Positions 62,609 to 64,000 of a DNA stretch of 64,000 nt are shown piece after piece. The stretch lies in contig NW_013657612.1 of the NCBI RefSeq assembly GCF_000142905.1, positions 68,159-132,158 on the forward strand, read 5' to 3'. Source of the stretch: Thecamonas trahens ATCC 50062 (taxonomy: Eukaryota; Protista; Apusomonadida). The notes under the pieces were generated by a model, which saw nothing but the letters and a program-made list of their open reading frames with translations, was not told where the DNA came from and did no database searches. The position numbers and the translations under genes were made by a program. Each line of letters starts with the position of its first letter. Position 1 is the stretch's first letter.

Positions 62609-64000
62609 GTTTGTGTGAGTACCGGTGGATGGAGGACGTAGTGGGCGTGGGTGGCGCATTGGTGTGGGGTGGACCAAGGATGATCCTGGCCGCATTCAAT
62701 CCATCCCTCCACCTCCACCCTCTCCATACACTCACGGTCTCCCCCCCTCCTCCATTCACCCTCCATTCACCCTCCGCAGTATGGAGACGCTTCGAACTGA
62801 GATCAAGTTCCCGACAATGACGCCTGTGCAGGCGGCGACTATTCCACTGCTGCTGTCCAACAAGGATGTGGTGGTTCAGGCACAGACTGGCTCGGGCAAG
62901 ACGCTGGCCTTTGTGCTCCCTGCGCTGACGCTGCTGGCGAGGGAAGCGAGCTCGCTGCTCGATCATCATGTGGGAGTGGTTATTCTGGCACCAACGCGCG
63001 AGCTGGCCAAGCAGATCCACAGGGTGGCCGTGCCGTTTGTCGCCGCACTGGAGATGAAGATGGACCTACTCTGCGGCGGGACGCCTGTGGCCAATGATCT
63101 GACTCGACTCGAGGCCGAGGGGGCCAATGTCATTGTTGCCACGCCCGGGCGGATGCTCGATGTGATGGAGCAGGGCGGCGGCGGGCTGTCGTTCCGCGGC
63201 CTGGAGGTCCTCGTTCTCGACGAGGCCGACATGCTGCTGGACCTGGGCTTTGAGGCGACGCTGGTGGCCATCATCGGCAAGCTGCCGCGCCAGCGGCGGA
63301 CAGGCCTCTTCTCGGCGACGCAGACGTCGGCGCTCAAGGATCTGACCGCGGCCGGGCTTCGTAATCCGGTGGCGGTCAATGTGGCGGTGAGGTCCAGGGC
63401 CAGTGCGTCGGGCGAGAGCTCGCAGTCGACGCCGACCACGCTCTCGAACATGTTTGCGGTTGTGCCGGACTCGTACTCCAAAACTGCGCTGCTGCTTGCG
63501 CTGCTGCAGCGGCTGGCAGCAGAGACGGAGGAGCACCACAAGATCATTGTCTACTTTCTCACCTGCGCCCAGGTCGAGTACTTCTCAGAGGTGCTTGTCG
63601 CTGCCGCGCCAGCGCTGTACAGCCGTTCTGCTTCCGGCAGCCTCCCGCTCTTTGCGCTTTCGGGCAAGCTGGTCCAGAAGCGGCGGTCGGCAACGATGCA
63701 GGCGTTCCGCAAGGCTGACGCCGGTGTTTTGTTTGCGACCGACATTGCTGCACGCGGACTCGACATTCCGGACGTCTCGTGGATTGTGCAGTACGATCCG
63801 CCCAAGGACGCCGACGTCTTTGTCCACCGGGTGGGGCGGACAGCGCGGCTTGGGCGCTCTGGCTCGGCGCTGCTGCTACTGCGCGAGGCCGAGCGTGGAT
63901 ACGCCGAGTTTGTGCAAATGCGCGGCTCACCGCTTGTCGAGTTTGCGACTGCACGGCCTGAGCTGGCGGCGAATGTGGCCAGCGATGTGCAGGAGGCGAA
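62438..64000 (+). CDS. DDX55: DEAD-box RNA helicase DDX55/Spb4, 3'-partial; intron 62509-62779
   Basis: Missing from the ORF track because it has no stop in the window. After the GTACGC...CGCAG splice it reads MTPVQAATIPLLLSNKDVVVQAQTGSGKTLAF, PTRELA, TPGR, LDEAD, QRRTGLFSAT, AGLRNPV, IVYFLTCAQVEYF, ARGLDIPDV..IVQYDPP and HRVGRTAR. Confidence 0.92.

Noticed and set aside
1-64000. tRNA, rRNA, transposase/integrase or viral genes
   Set aside because: None recognised by eye; tRNAscan-SE and Rfam scans would be needed to exclude small RNAs.

Overview
GC-rich, gene-dense, intron-poor eukaryotic genomic DNA from a draft assembly with four 100-N gaps. The gene content (a CatSper subunit, an NME5-type flagellar NDK, PI4KA, TRAPPC8, p24), short spliceosomal introns and base composition point to a flagellated protist. 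An apusomonad such as Thecamonas trahens is my inference and is not verified. About 24 protein-coding genes are supported: VWA8 (partial), a CH-CH/coiled-coil actin binder, an ankyrin protein, two paralogous Sushi/Cys-rich multipass receptors, an amino-acid permease, a secreted G1-peptidase-like protein, PI4KA, an Ntn-hydrolase, TFB5, YaaA, a TerD x3-NDK-Dpy30 protein, AAGAB, RAD51D, NOL8, a receptor adenylyl cyclase, DUF4396, an S28 peptidase, a NEIL1-UNG fusion, TRAPPC8, p24, CatSper4-like and DDX55 (partial), plus hypotheticals. Six genes are split by eight single-base deletions, each repairable by lengthening a homopolymer by one base, so these are probably assembly errors. The top finding is a single gene fusing an intact NEIL1/endonuclease VIII-type glycosylase/AP-lyase to an intact family-1 uracil-DNA glycosylase, a possible natural one-polypeptide 'USER' enzyme; one of the frameshifts hides it in the ORF track. 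Second is a radial-spoke-type NDK5 fused behind three TerD-like domains, head-to-head with a YaaA gene. Also noted: a candidate GTAAA 3'-end signal, a palindromic TGATCGATCA motif in divergent promoters, and a 171-bp dispersed hairpin repeat. All family assignments come from motif recognition by eye; no database searches were run.
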